Shown: in pieces, positions 1 through 7,846 of the stretch
Position numbering within the stretch: the stretch's first letter is position 1
Layout: every line of letters begins with the position of its first letter
NCBI GenBank assembly: GCA_017500855.1
Contig: JAFVYC010000018.1
Span: 17,400-81,399, forward strand
DNA length: 64,000 nucleotides
Reading direction: 5' to 3'
Source of the DNA: Clostridia bacterium
GTDB taxonomy: Bacteria; Bacillota; Clostridia; Christensenellales; CAG-314
Made by a program: the position numbers and the translations under genes
The notes under the pieces: model-generated
The model's input: the letters and a program-made list of their open reading frames with translations, nothing else
Database searches by the model: none
Told to the model about the DNA's origin: nothing

Positions 1-348
1 TTCCACGTCTTGGCACTCGCCAATGCCCACAACGCAAAGGCCGTTTTCCAACTGTTCGTACTGCAATCCAAGGCTGTAGGGCGTGCCAACAACTTCCGTT
101 TTGGTGTGTTGGCAAGTTTTGCAGGTAAATGTCATTTCAAAATCGCTTGTTTTGCGCCCTTCGTCCCAATCGTGTTCGGCTTTGCCGGCAATGCCTTGGC
201 AGGATGAGCAAACTTGCCAATGGTGCGTTTGGTCACTTGTCCAGCCTGTGTCGAAGGTGTGGATGTGGATGTTTTGGCAACTTGCAAGCGCCATCACAAG
301 GCACAGCACAAGCGCACACAGCGCAAACTTGTTGTGTAGTTTTGTCAT
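1..348 (-). CDS. Putative lipoprotein, N-terminal 116 codons only (gene continues past the left edge)
   Basis: Missing from the ORF track because it is truncated. My reverse-strand translation from ATG (346-348) gives MTKLHNKFALCALVLCLVMALASCQNIHIHTFDTGWTSDQTHHW..., a signal peptide plus lipobox LASC, open down to position 1. GGGAGAAAG Shine-Dalgarno lies just upstream and TGTGGTATAAT at 407-417. Confidence 0.6.
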   Translation of the reverse strand, partial: MTKLHNKFALCALVLCLVMALASCQNIHIHTFDTGWTSDQTHHWQVCSSCQGIAGKAEHDWDEGRKTSDFEMTFTCKTCQHTKTEVVGTPYSLGLQYEQLENGLCVVGIGECQDVE

Positions 349-406
349 ACTTTCTCCCTTGGCGTTGCGCAAGGCTTTTTTGCGCAAAACCCATGTTTGT
401 GGCTGT

Positions 407-417
407 ATTATACCACA
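407..417 (-). promoter_or_regulatory. Extended -10 promoter element TGTGGTATAAT (copy 1 of 7)
   Basis: Plus strand reads attataccaca, which is TGTGGTATAAT on the minus strand. It lies about 60 nt upstream of the ATG at 348. Confidence 0.5.
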
Positions 418-631
418 AAAACACGCAGACGTGCAATGTTTTTGCCAATGTTTTTGCACTTTTGTGCAAATGCATGCCAATTGCTTTGGTGGAAACGGAA
501 AACACATGGTGCACGTTTGTTGATTTAGCATCGGATTTTGCCACAGCGCAAACCTTTTGTGCAATGCAAAATACACGTTGCAATTTTGATCAAAACACCC
601 CACACGTGTGTGGAAAAACAAGCAACAGCGC

Positions 632-667
632 AAAAAAACACCCCAAAAGTTTTGTGCTTTTGGGGTG
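632..667 (-). terminator. Intrinsic terminator of the 693-2462 lipoprotein gene
   Basis: Stem caccccaaaag (639-649) pairs with cttttggggtg (657-667). The A-run at 632-638 is a T-run on the minus strand, 26 nt after the stop. Confidence 0.75.
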
Positions 668-692
668 CAATTGCGTTGGTTTTGTGTGAACA

Positions 693-2462
693 CTAGTTGG
701 CTTCTGCCAAAATGCTTTGCGCTTCGGTTGTTTGCACGTATTGCATAAACGCCTGTGTCAGTTGGTCGTTGTTGAGTTTTGCCACACGGCGATTGGTTTG
801 GCCGTACACGTCTATTGCCACAAGGTCGCCAACAACCATGTTGATGATTTGACTGTCTGGGTTGGTTTTGATGTTGTCGGCGCAAGGCAAAACAATGTCC
901 ACGTTGCCGTCTTGCACAACCTTGGCTGTGAAGTTGGCAATGAAGTAGTAGGGGTCGGATTGCGCCTTGCCCGTGTAGTAGATGTAGGAAATTTCTTCGT
1001 ACTCAATGCCTTGGCTTTGGCAATATTGCTTGAACCCGTCCACAAGTTTTTGTGTTTTTGCTTCGGAAATGAATCTGCCCCAACTTGCCACAACAAGCAC
1101 TTTTGTTTGGTCTTTTTGTTGGTTTTGATTGTTGTTTTGGTCGTTGTTTTGGTCGCTGTTTTGGTCATCATCGTCGCCTTCCGAAGGCACGTATTCCTCG
1201 TCAAACGCCACGGCGCAAGCAACTTCTCGCAGTTGTTGCAACACCGATTGGTCTGTCAGGCTTCCACCGTAGGTTGCCTTGGTCACGTCTGCGCCCAACA
1301 GCGTTGCTGCATGCACGCATGCGCCCAAGTAGGAGCCTGCGTAGGATTGGTGGTGCTTGTCCGTTGCGTACAAATTGATGGAACTGTTTGCAAGCACAAG
1401 TTCGGTAAACGCCCTTCCCACGTAGGAAATCTTAACCCCTGTTGCTTGCGCAGCCTTTTCGTAGCCTTGGCGCACAGCCATTTCCATTTGAGGAATGTCC
1501 CAACCGTAGGATGGCGCCGACTTCATGTAGCCCCAAGTGGAGTACAGGTATATTTGGGCGTGGTCTTGTGTGGATTCTATCAGCGCTTGCATGTTTTGCA
1601 CGCCACGCAAAAACCTGTCGTAGTTGGCAAATGCGCATGTGCTTTGCTCTTGAAGCACAACAAAGTCGAAGTCACTTCGTGCGTTTAGCAGTGCATTGAC
1701 TTGCTTTCCACATTGGTCGGTGGGTTTGGCGTGGTTTTCCAAGTACCAACCCGGGCCCGTGATGGAGTAGGTGTCCACAAGGTAGCCCATTTGGTTTACA
1801 AGTTGGTGGAAAATTTCCGGCACAACGTTGGTGTAGGTAAAACTGTTGCCAACAAACAGCACACGTGTTTTTTGCCAACGCTCGGCTTCCCCATTGTCGT
1901 TGTAGTGCCAGTAGTTGCCGTCGGTGGCAAACAATTCGTCGGGGTTGTCAAAGTCGAAAACGTTGCTGTTGGTGTTTTTGTCCGACTGCCAATGGCGACT
2001 TACAGTTTGCACGGGCTCTTCTCGGTAGGTGTACACTTTTGCCAAATCTTCCTCGGCAAATTCAATGCCATCGGTTTGGGCAAAGTACGGCGCTTCCACA
2101 GGGATGGCATTTTCGCCAACTGCGCCAACGGATTGTGGCAACACAAGGTGTGTGATGCTTGTGCCAACAAACGCATTGTTTCCAACGTACACAATGCCTT
2201 CGCCAAGCACAACGGATGTGATGCTACTTGCATTTTTGCACCAAGGCGCATCAGCAGGGGATGCAAAGTCTTTCATTGCGCCGTTGCCAACAACGTGCAA
2301 TGCGTAGGTGTTGCCCGTTTGCACAAGGCTAGCAGAAATTTTGCCGTTTGAACTTGCCGAAACATCCCACGAGGAGTTGCAACCTGCAAGGCACACGCAC
2401 AAAGCAAATGCAAAAATTGCAACAACGGCAATTGCCACAAGGGTACGGTATGCTTTTTTCAT
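693..2462 (-). CDS. Multidomain surface lipoprotein: BspA-type leucine-rich-repeat segment, SGNH/GDSL-like hydrolase-like domain and C-terminal alpha/beta domain
   Basis: Track ORF is 693..2612. I place the start at the internal MKKAYRTLVAIAVVAIFAFALCVCLAGC (lipobox LAGC) with GGAAGTG SD. Motifs: GNNAFVGTSITHLVLPQSV (LRR) and VLFVGNSFTY (SGNH-like block I). An Asp/Asn/Gln-rich linker (DDDDQNSDQNNDQNNNQNQQ) precedes the last domain. Confidence 0.75.
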   Translation of the reverse strand: MKKAYRTLVAIAVVAIFAFALCVCLAGCNSSWDVSASSNGKISASLVQTGNTYALHVVGNGAMKDFASPADAPWCKNASSITSVVLGEGIVYVGNNAFVGTSITHLVLPQSVGAVGENAIPVEAPYFAQTDGIEFAEEDLAKVYTYREEPVQTVSRHWQSDKNTNSNVFDFDNPDELFATDGNYWHYNDNGEAERWQKTRVLFVGNSFTYTNVVPEIFHQLVNQMGYLVDTYSITGPGWYLENHAKPTDQCGKQVNALLNARSDFDFVVLQEQSTCAFANYDRFLRGVQNMQALIESTQDHAQIYLYSTWGYMKSAPSYGWDIPQMEMAVRQGYEKAAQATGVKISYVGRAFTELVLANSSINLYATDKHHQSYAGSYLGACVHAATLLGADVTKATYGGSLTDQSVLQQLREVACAVAFDEEYVPSEGDDDDQNSDQNNDQNNNQNQQKDQTKVLVVASWGRFISEAKTQKLVDGFKQYCQSQGIEYEEISYIYYTGKAQSDPYYFIANFTAKVVQDGNVDIVLPCADNIKTNPDSQIINMVVGDLVAIDVYGQTNRRVAKLNNDQLTQAFMQYVQTTEAQSILAEAN

Positions 2463-2663
2463 TTTGTTCACTTCCTTTTGCGCAACATCCAACTGCCGTT
2501 TGTGTTTTTGCCCACAACAGTTCCGTTGCACATTGTTTGTGCCAACAGTATAGCACAAAACAAAATTTGTTTCAATACGTTTTGCAAATTTTTTGTTCGC
2601 ATTTTGCGCCAAATTTGCCGTTTTAACGGGGTGTGGTGCGTTGCCGTGGCAAATGCCGTCAGC

Positions 2664-2963
2664 CTACTTTTTGAGCAAGGCAACCATGTGTTGCTTTTTG
2701 TCTGTAGGCAGGGCTTCTATCAAGTTTTTCAGTTGATTGTCAATTTGGTAGTCCACAATATTGGAACTGAAAAATCTTTCAATGGGAAATTGGCAAATTT
2801 CCAAAATTTGCAACAACTTTTCCACCGTCAGCACAATGCGACCACTTTCCACTTGCGCAACGTACTGTGGGCTCATGCCCATTCGCAAACTAACTTCCCT
2901 AGCCGACAAATTTGCTTGGTTTCTTACGTAGCCAATTCTAGCCAAAATTTCTTTTATTTCCAT
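2664..2963 (-). CDS. XRE-family helix-turn-helix transcriptional regulator
   Basis: MEIKEILARIGYVRNQANLSAREVSLRMGMSPQYVAQVESGR is a classic Cro/C1 HTH. Start taken at the second Met (GGAG SD 6 nt upstream). Divergent from the SLOG gene. Confidence 0.85.
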   Translation of the reverse strand: MEIKEILARIGYVRNQANLSAREVSLRMGMSPQYVAQVESGRIVLTVEKLLQILEICQFPIERFFSSNIVDYQIDNQLKNLIEALPTDKKQHMVALLKK

Positions 2964-3081
2964 AAACAACTCCAAAAACATTTGATACCACTATTATATA
3001 GCATAGGCAAAAACCAACGGAAAACGCACGCACATAAAATTTGCCCAAAACAGCCAAAATGAATACTCACAAACATAAAGG

Positions 3082-3092
3082 TGTGGTATAAT
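3082..3092 (+). promoter_or_regulatory. Extended -10 promoter element TGTGGTATAAT (copy 2 of 7)
   Basis: Exact 11-mer about 20 nt upstream of the SLOG ORF. Bracketed by the inverted repeat gaatactc (3061-3068) / gagtattc (3102-3109). Confidence 0.5.
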
Positions 3093-3113
3093 GAATAGTG
3101 AGAGTATTCAAAA

Positions 3114-3674
3114 TTGGAAAATTGGAGGTTTTTTGTTGTGGAAAAACATAAAAGTTGTTGTTTTGTTGGGCACAGGTCGGTGCCACACACGCCACAATTG
3201 AAAAGTAAATTGCAAGAACTTGTGCAATACCTTGTTGCAAGTTGCAACGTGCAAACGTTTTTGTTTGGTAGCAAAAGCACCTTCAACGACCTTTGCTACC
3301 AAGTGGTGACGGAAGCAAAGAAGGCGCATCCACACATTCAAAGAGTGGCGTACACTTGCAAAAGCGAAAGTTGCACCTTGCAAAGCAACTTGGAGCAAAG
3401 CCAAGCCATCTACAAGCGTTTCGACACAAGCGTTGCTTTTCCGTTTGTTGTTGAGCAGGAAGTGGAGCATCCGTCCAAACACGTTGCAGGCAAGGCGTGC
3501 TACGTACAACGCAACATGGCAATGGTGGATGCAAGCGACTTTTGCGTTTTCTACTTTTGCAAGGGCTACGTTGTGGCGCAAGGCAAGGAAAACTCTGCAA
3601 AAAGTGGGACGGCAATTGCGCACGCCTATGCCATCAAGCGTGGAAAAGTTGTGTTCAACGTTGCGCAAAACTAG
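3114..3674 (+). CDS. SLOG-family protein (DUF1273 / YpsA-like)
   Basis: SCCFVGHRS near the N-terminus, then TFLFGSKSTFNDLCYQVVTEAKKAHPHIQ and YVQRNMAMVDASD ... SGTAIAHAYA, matching my memory of the CCFTGHR-type DUF1273 pattern. Start uncertain: TTG 3114 or GTG 3138 after GGAGG. Confidence 0.65.
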   Translation: MENWRFFVVEKHKSCCFVGHRSVPHTPQLKSKLQELVQYLVASCNVQTFLFGSKSTFNDLCYQVVTEAKKAHPHIQRVAYTCKSESCTLQSNLEQSQAIYKRFDTSVAFPFVVEQEVEHPSKHVAGKACYVQRNMAMVDASDFCVFYFCKGYVVAQGKENSAKSGTAIAHAYAIKRGKVVFNVAQN

Positions 3675-3731
3675 GTTTGGCACAATAGTTTGGCAAAATG
3701 GCGCAAATTGTATTGAAAAATTGTGGGTAGT

Positions 3732-3742
3732 TGTGGTATAAT
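3732..3742 (+). promoter_or_regulatory. Extended -10 promoter element TGTGGTATAAT (copy 3 of 7), promoter of the methyltransferase-ligase-HD-Pnk operon
   Basis: Exact 11-mer inside the 5' end of track ORF 3723..4472, which forces the true start downstream (GTG 3771 after AAGGAG). Confidence 0.5.
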
Positions 3743-3770
3743 GTACAAAAACATCAACAAGGAGAAAGTT

Positions 3771-4472
3771 GTGGAAGACAGGTACTACTTGCATTTTGGC
3801 GCAGCGTGTGTGCGTGGCCAAATGGCTAGACAAAACAAACTGCATTTGCTTGGCAACGGGTTGGACGTTGGCGACGTTTTTGCGTTGTCTGCCCAGCAAT
3901 GCCAACAAATTTTGCAAATTGGCAAGCAAAACGGTGTTGATTTGCACCTTTTCAAGAAAACAAGTAGCACTTTGCCACGCATTTCCAAGGTTATGGGCTT
4001 TTTGAAGGGTGTTGGGCTGGAAACACTTGTGGACGTTGGCACGGGGCGTGGCGCATTTTTGTTGCCGTTTTTGCAACAGTTCCCTTGGGTGCAAGTGACC
4101 TCGGTGGAAATTTCCCCAAGCCGTGTGCAATTGTTGCAAGATTTGAGCCGTGGTGGCGTGGGCAACCTTTCCGTGGTAAGCAAGGACATTTGCCAAAATC
4201 CGTTGCCACCAAACAGCGCCGACGTGGTAACTTTATTGGAAGTGTTGGAGCACATTCCCAACGTTGCCGATGCAATTTTGTCGGCGTGTAGCATTGCCAA
4301 GAAGTACGTTGTTGTGTCCGTGCCCAGCAAGGAAGACAACAATCCCGAACACATTCACTTGCTGACAAAGCCGTTGCTAACGCAGTACTTTGGGCAGGCA
4401 GGGGTAACAAATTTGCAGTTCGATGGCGTCAACGGCCACCTTGTGATGATTGCAAAGAAGGAGCAAAAGTAG
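3771..4472 (+). CDS. Class I SAM-dependent methyltransferase (first gene of the putative RNA repair operon)
   Basis: SAM motif I LVDVGTGRGAF; VTLLEVLEHIPNV and PEHIHLL downstream. AAGGAG SD 6 nt before GTG 3771. The stop TAG abuts the ligase ATG. Confidence 0.8.
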   Translation: MEDRYYLHFGAACVRGQMARQNKLHLLGNGLDVGDVFALSAQQCQQILQIGKQNGVDLHLFKKTSSTLPRISKVMGFLKGVGLETLVDVGTGRGAFLLPFLQQFPWVQVTSVEISPSRVQLLQDLSRGGVGNLSVVSKDICQNPLPPNSADVVTLLEVLEHIPNVADAILSACSIAKKYVVVSVPSKEDNNPEHIHLLTKPLLTQYFGQAGVTNLQFDGVNGHLVMIAKKEQK

Positions 4473-5255
4473 ATGGATTTCAACATAAAAAAGTTTCCCC
4501 GAACGCCACACTTGGAAGGCAGTAGGTTGCAACCGGGCGACGAGGATTTGAGTCAAATTCCCTTTTCGGAAATTTTGGGCAAAAACATTGTGGTGGAAGA
4601 AAAAATTGACGGCGCCAACAGCGCAATTTCCTTTACGGATGGCAAGCAGTTGCTCATTCAAAGCCGTGGCCACTACCTTGTTGGTGGCTACAGGGAAAGG
4701 CACTACAACTTGCTCAAACAATGGGCAAACGTGCATCGGGAAGAATTGTTTTCCGCATTGGGCTGTCGCTACGTGATGTTTGGCGAGTGGATGTACGCCA
4801 AGCACACAATTTTCTACGACGAACTTCCACACTACTTTGTGGAATTCGACATCTACGACAGGCAACGTGGTGTGTTTTTGGACACGGACAGCCGAAAAAC
4901 CATCACGCAAAAGTTGCCAATAGTGCATTCCGTGCCGGTGTTGGCAAGAGGTGTGTTTTCCAACAAAAAGCAAATTTTGTCCCTTTTGGGGCAATCCAAG
5001 TATATCTCAAACAACCACTTGCAAGTGCTTGCGCAAACTGCCAAAAGGCTAAATTTGGACGTAGACTTGCAATTGGCTCAAACCGACCCGTCCACCACAA
5101 TGGAAGGGTTGTACATCAAGGTGGAGCAGGACGGAATTGTGGAAAGCCGTGTAAAGTTTGTTCGAGCATCCTTTTTGCAATGCGTGGCGCAATCGCAGTC
5201 GCATTGGCAATCTCGCCCAATTGTTCCCAACAAGGTAAAAGATGAACTACAGTAG
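4473..5255 (+). CDS. ATP-dependent RNA ligase family protein (covalent nucleotidyltransferase superfamily)
   Basis: Motif I EEKIDGAN (catalytic Lys), FGEWMYAKH (motif III-like), EFDIYD, EGLYIKV (motif IV-like), VKFVR (motif V-like). N-terminal FPRTPHLEGS. GAAGGAG SD. Confidence 0.8.
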   Translation: MDFNIKKFPRTPHLEGSRLQPGDEDLSQIPFSEILGKNIVVEEKIDGANSAISFTDGKQLLIQSRGHYLVGGYRERHYNLLKQWANVHREELFSALGCRYVMFGEWMYAKHTIFYDELPHYFVEFDIYDRQRGVFLDTDSRKTITQKLPIVHSVPVLARGVFSNKKQILSLLGQSKYISNNHLQVLAQTAKRLNLDVDLQLAQTDPSTTMEGLYIKVEQDGIVESRVKFVRASFLQCVAQSQSHWQSRPIVPNKVKDELQ

Positions 5256-6414
5256 GCAATTTGCGCAAATTTTGCAAGCAATGCCACAACCGGGTGGCGC
5301 AATAGATTGGCAGTTGTTGCAAAGCACCTGTTTGCAAGGCGTTTTTCAACAAATGGCAAACACTCCACAAAACCCCACGCACCACGCCGAGGGGGATGTT
5401 TTTGCGCACACTCAACTTGTGGCGCAAAGCCTTGTGGAACTTGAGGAATTTGCTTGTTGCACCAAGCACGAGCAGGAACTTTTGTTTGTTTCGGCGCTTC
5501 TTCACGACATTGGCAAAATTGCCACAACCACCCTTCAAGACGGGCAGTTGGTTTCGCCAAGGCACGCACGTGTTGGCACGGAAATGGCAAGGGAATTTTT
5601 GTGGAAGCAAGCGGAAATGTGTGGGGACGTGGTGCGACAAAACGCCAGAGAAACCATTTGTTTGCTTGTGAAGTACCACTCTTTTCCACCCTTTGCCGTG
5701 TTTGAAAAATCCAACAAAAAGTTGTTGAAAATTGCTGGCAACGGAAACCTTGCCCCAAGTTTTTGCTTGCGACTTTTGTACGTTTTGGAAAAAGCCGATG
5801 CTTTGGGCAGAAAGTGCCAAGAGCCAAACGACTACATGGAGCGCATCGAGTGCTTCAAAATGCTTGCCGAGGACGAAGGGTGCTACAACGGTCCGCACAA
5901 GTTCTCTACGCCGTTTTCTCAACACGCATTTTTCCAAGACAAAACAAGTTGGAAGGAGGACGTGCTTTTCGACGACACGTGGGGCGAAATTGTGGTGATG
6001 TGTGGCCTTCCCGCAAGTGGCAAGGACACCTACTTGCAAAGCCATTTTGCCCACTTGCCAACCGTCAGTCTGGATGCAATTCGCAAGGCGAACAAAATTT
6101 CGCCAACCAAACCGCAAGGGGAAGTTGTTGCCATTGCCAAGGAGCAAGCCAAGGAATTATTGCGTGCAAAACGCCCCTTCGTGTGGAACGCAACCAACAT
6201 CACCAAGGACACACGTGGCAAAATTGTTTCCCTTGCCGAAAACTACGGTGCACGTGTGCGACTTTTGTTTTTGGAAACGGATTGGCAAACGGGGCTTCAA
6301 CGCAACAGCAACAGGCAGGACGTTGTTCCACAAAACGTGGTGGAAAAAATGCTTGCCAAACTGGAAGTTCCGGAAATTGACGAAGCGCAAACCGTTGAGT
6401 GGATTGTGACGTAA
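5242..6414 (+). CDS. HD-domain phosphoesterase fused to a P-loop polynucleotide kinase (HD-Pnk-type end-healing enzyme)
   Basis: N-terminal HD signature (HHAEGDVFAHT ... LLHDIGK). C-terminal Walker A GLPASGKDT followed by a kinase-like fold. The ATG overlaps the ligase 3' end by 14 nt. Confidence 0.8.
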   Translation: MNYSRQFAQILQAMPQPGGAIDWQLLQSTCLQGVFQQMANTPQNPTHHAEGDVFAHTQLVAQSLVELEEFACCTKHEQELLFVSALLHDIGKIATTTLQDGQLVSPRHARVGTEMAREFLWKQAEMCGDVVRQNARETICLLVKYHSFPPFAVFEKSNKKLLKIAGNGNLAPSFCLRLLYVLEKADALGRKCQEPNDYMERIECFKMLAEDEGCYNGPHKFSTPFSQHAFFQDKTSWKEDVLFDDTWGEIVVMCGLPASGKDTYLQSHFAHLPTVSLDAIRKANKISPTKPQGEVVAIAKEQAKELLRAKRPFVWNATNITKDTRGKIVSLAENYGARVRLLFLETDWQTGLQRNSNRQDVVPQNVVEKMLAKLEVPEIDEAQTVEWIVT

Positions 6415-6530
6415 AACAAGCACACGGGTTGCCGTTTTGCGTGAACGTGCAACTGTTTGAACAAGCAAATACTTTTGTTGCCATTCGTGCGTTTTGTGGC
6501 ACACGTGGTGGCAAAAACAACATTTTTTAC

Positions 6531-6580
6531 AAAAAAAAACAACAAAAGCGTTGAACAAACAAACGTTCAACGCTTTTTTT
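6531..6580. terminator. Bidirectional intrinsic terminator between HD-Pnk (+) and the MFS gene (-)
   Basis: Stem agcgttgaac (6547-6556) pairs with gttcaacgct (6565-6574). Flanked by an A-run upstream and T7 downstream. Confidence 0.8.
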
Positions 6581-6603
6581 CGTACCACGGGTGTGGAATT
6601 TTG

Positions 6604-7770
6604 CTAGTTTTGGTGTTTTGCCGAACGTACAACAACTTCGTGCAGGGCAACTACAAGTGCAAGAATAACCGCCAAGAAAACGGGTAGCAATGCAACGGAA
6701 AGGTGTTCTGCCATAACGCCAAACAACGGTGGCATCACCAAAAATCCAACGTAGGCAAACGCCATTTGCACGCCAATCATTGCTTGGGATTTTTCCTTGC
6801 CGAACACCGACGGCGTCATGTGGATGATGCACGGGTACACGGGTGCGCAACCAACGCCCACAACAACCATTCCAACAAGCGCAAAGGCAACGTGTGTTGG
6901 CACAAACATCAGCGCCGTTCCAACGGCAATTACCACCAAGCCCGTGCGAATCAGTACTTTGTCGCTAAGTTTCATTGCCAAAAATCCGTTTACAAACCTG
7001 CCCGCAGTCAGCCCAATGTAGAACATGCTTGCGTAGCTTGCGGCGTCCTCGGCGGAAAAACTCCATTGTTGCACCAAGTAGGTGCTTGCCCACAGCGAAG
7101 CAGTAACTTCCAACGCACAGTAGAAAAAGAACAGCAAAAAGCAAGCAACTGCGCCCCTTGTTTCAACAATTTGCTTGAAGGAAAGCGCCTTGTGTTGCGG
7201 AGCATCCACGCCACCGTCTGCGTGCTGTTTTTTCCACAGCGGAACGGAGCAAAACACGCCAATGCACAGCACCGTTTGGGCAATTGCCACAATCAGGTAG
7301 CCCCAGTTCCAACTTTGCAGTTTCACAAGCGCAAAACTCATCACAAACGGACTTGCCGATGCGCCCACGCCCCACATGCAATGTAGCCAACTCATGTGTT
7401 GCGGTTTGTAGTGCAAGGCAACGTAGTTGTTCAAAATGGCATCCACGCCACCTGCGCCCAAGCCGTAGGGTATCGACCACACCACAAGCATCCAAAATTT
7501 GTTGCTTGCGGAAAATCCAAACAACGCCAACGCCGTCAGCGCAACGCTCACAGCAGTAACTTTTCCTGCGCCAAACTTGGCTAGCAACCTGTCGCTAATC
7601 AAGCTGGAAAACACCGTTCCCACGCAAATTATTGACGAAAGAAGCCCTGCAAACCAAACGGGCACACCCATTTGTTGCTGAACAACCGGCCAAGCCGAAC
7701 CCAACAGCGAGTCGGGCAGGCCCAAACTTACAAAGCACACATATATCAGTGCCAAAAGCAAACTTCCCAT
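6604..7770 (-). CDS. MFS transporter
   Basis: 12-TM-like hydrophobic profile; MGSLLLALIYVCFVSLGLPDSLLGSAWPVV. Start moved to ATG 7770 (AAGGTGG SD) because the track start GTG 7797 sits 2 nt after the -10 element. Confidence 0.85.
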   Translation of the reverse strand: MGSLLLALIYVCFVSLGLPDSLLGSAWPVVQQQMGVPVWFAGLLSSIICVGTVFSSLISDRLLAKFGAGKVTAVSVALTALALFGFSASNKFWMLVVWSIPYGLGAGGVDAILNNYVALHYKPQHMSWLHCMWGVGASASPFVMSFALVKLQSWNWGYLIVAIAQTVLCIGVFCSVPLWKKQHADGGVDAPQHKALSFKQIVETRGAVACFLLFFFYCALEVTASLWASTYLVQQWSFSAEDAASYASMFYIGLTAGRFVNGFLAMKLSDKVLIRTGLVVIAVGTALMFVPTHVAFALVGMVVVGVGCAPVYPCIIHMTPSVFGKEKSQAMIGVQMAFAYVGFLVMPPLFGVMAEHLSVALLPVFLAVILALVVALHEVVVRSAKHQN

Positions 7771-7799
7771 TTTTGCCACCTTTTGTTTTGTTGCCACAC

Positions 7800-7810
7800 A
7801 TTATACCACA
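7800..7810 (-). promoter_or_regulatory. Extended -10 promoter element TGTGGTATAAT (copy 4 of 7)
   Basis: Plus strand reads attataccaca. It lies about 30 nt upstream of the MFS ATG. Confidence 0.5.
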
Positions 7811-7846
7811 CCCCAACAAACATTTCAACCAAATGAGGCGGAAAAA

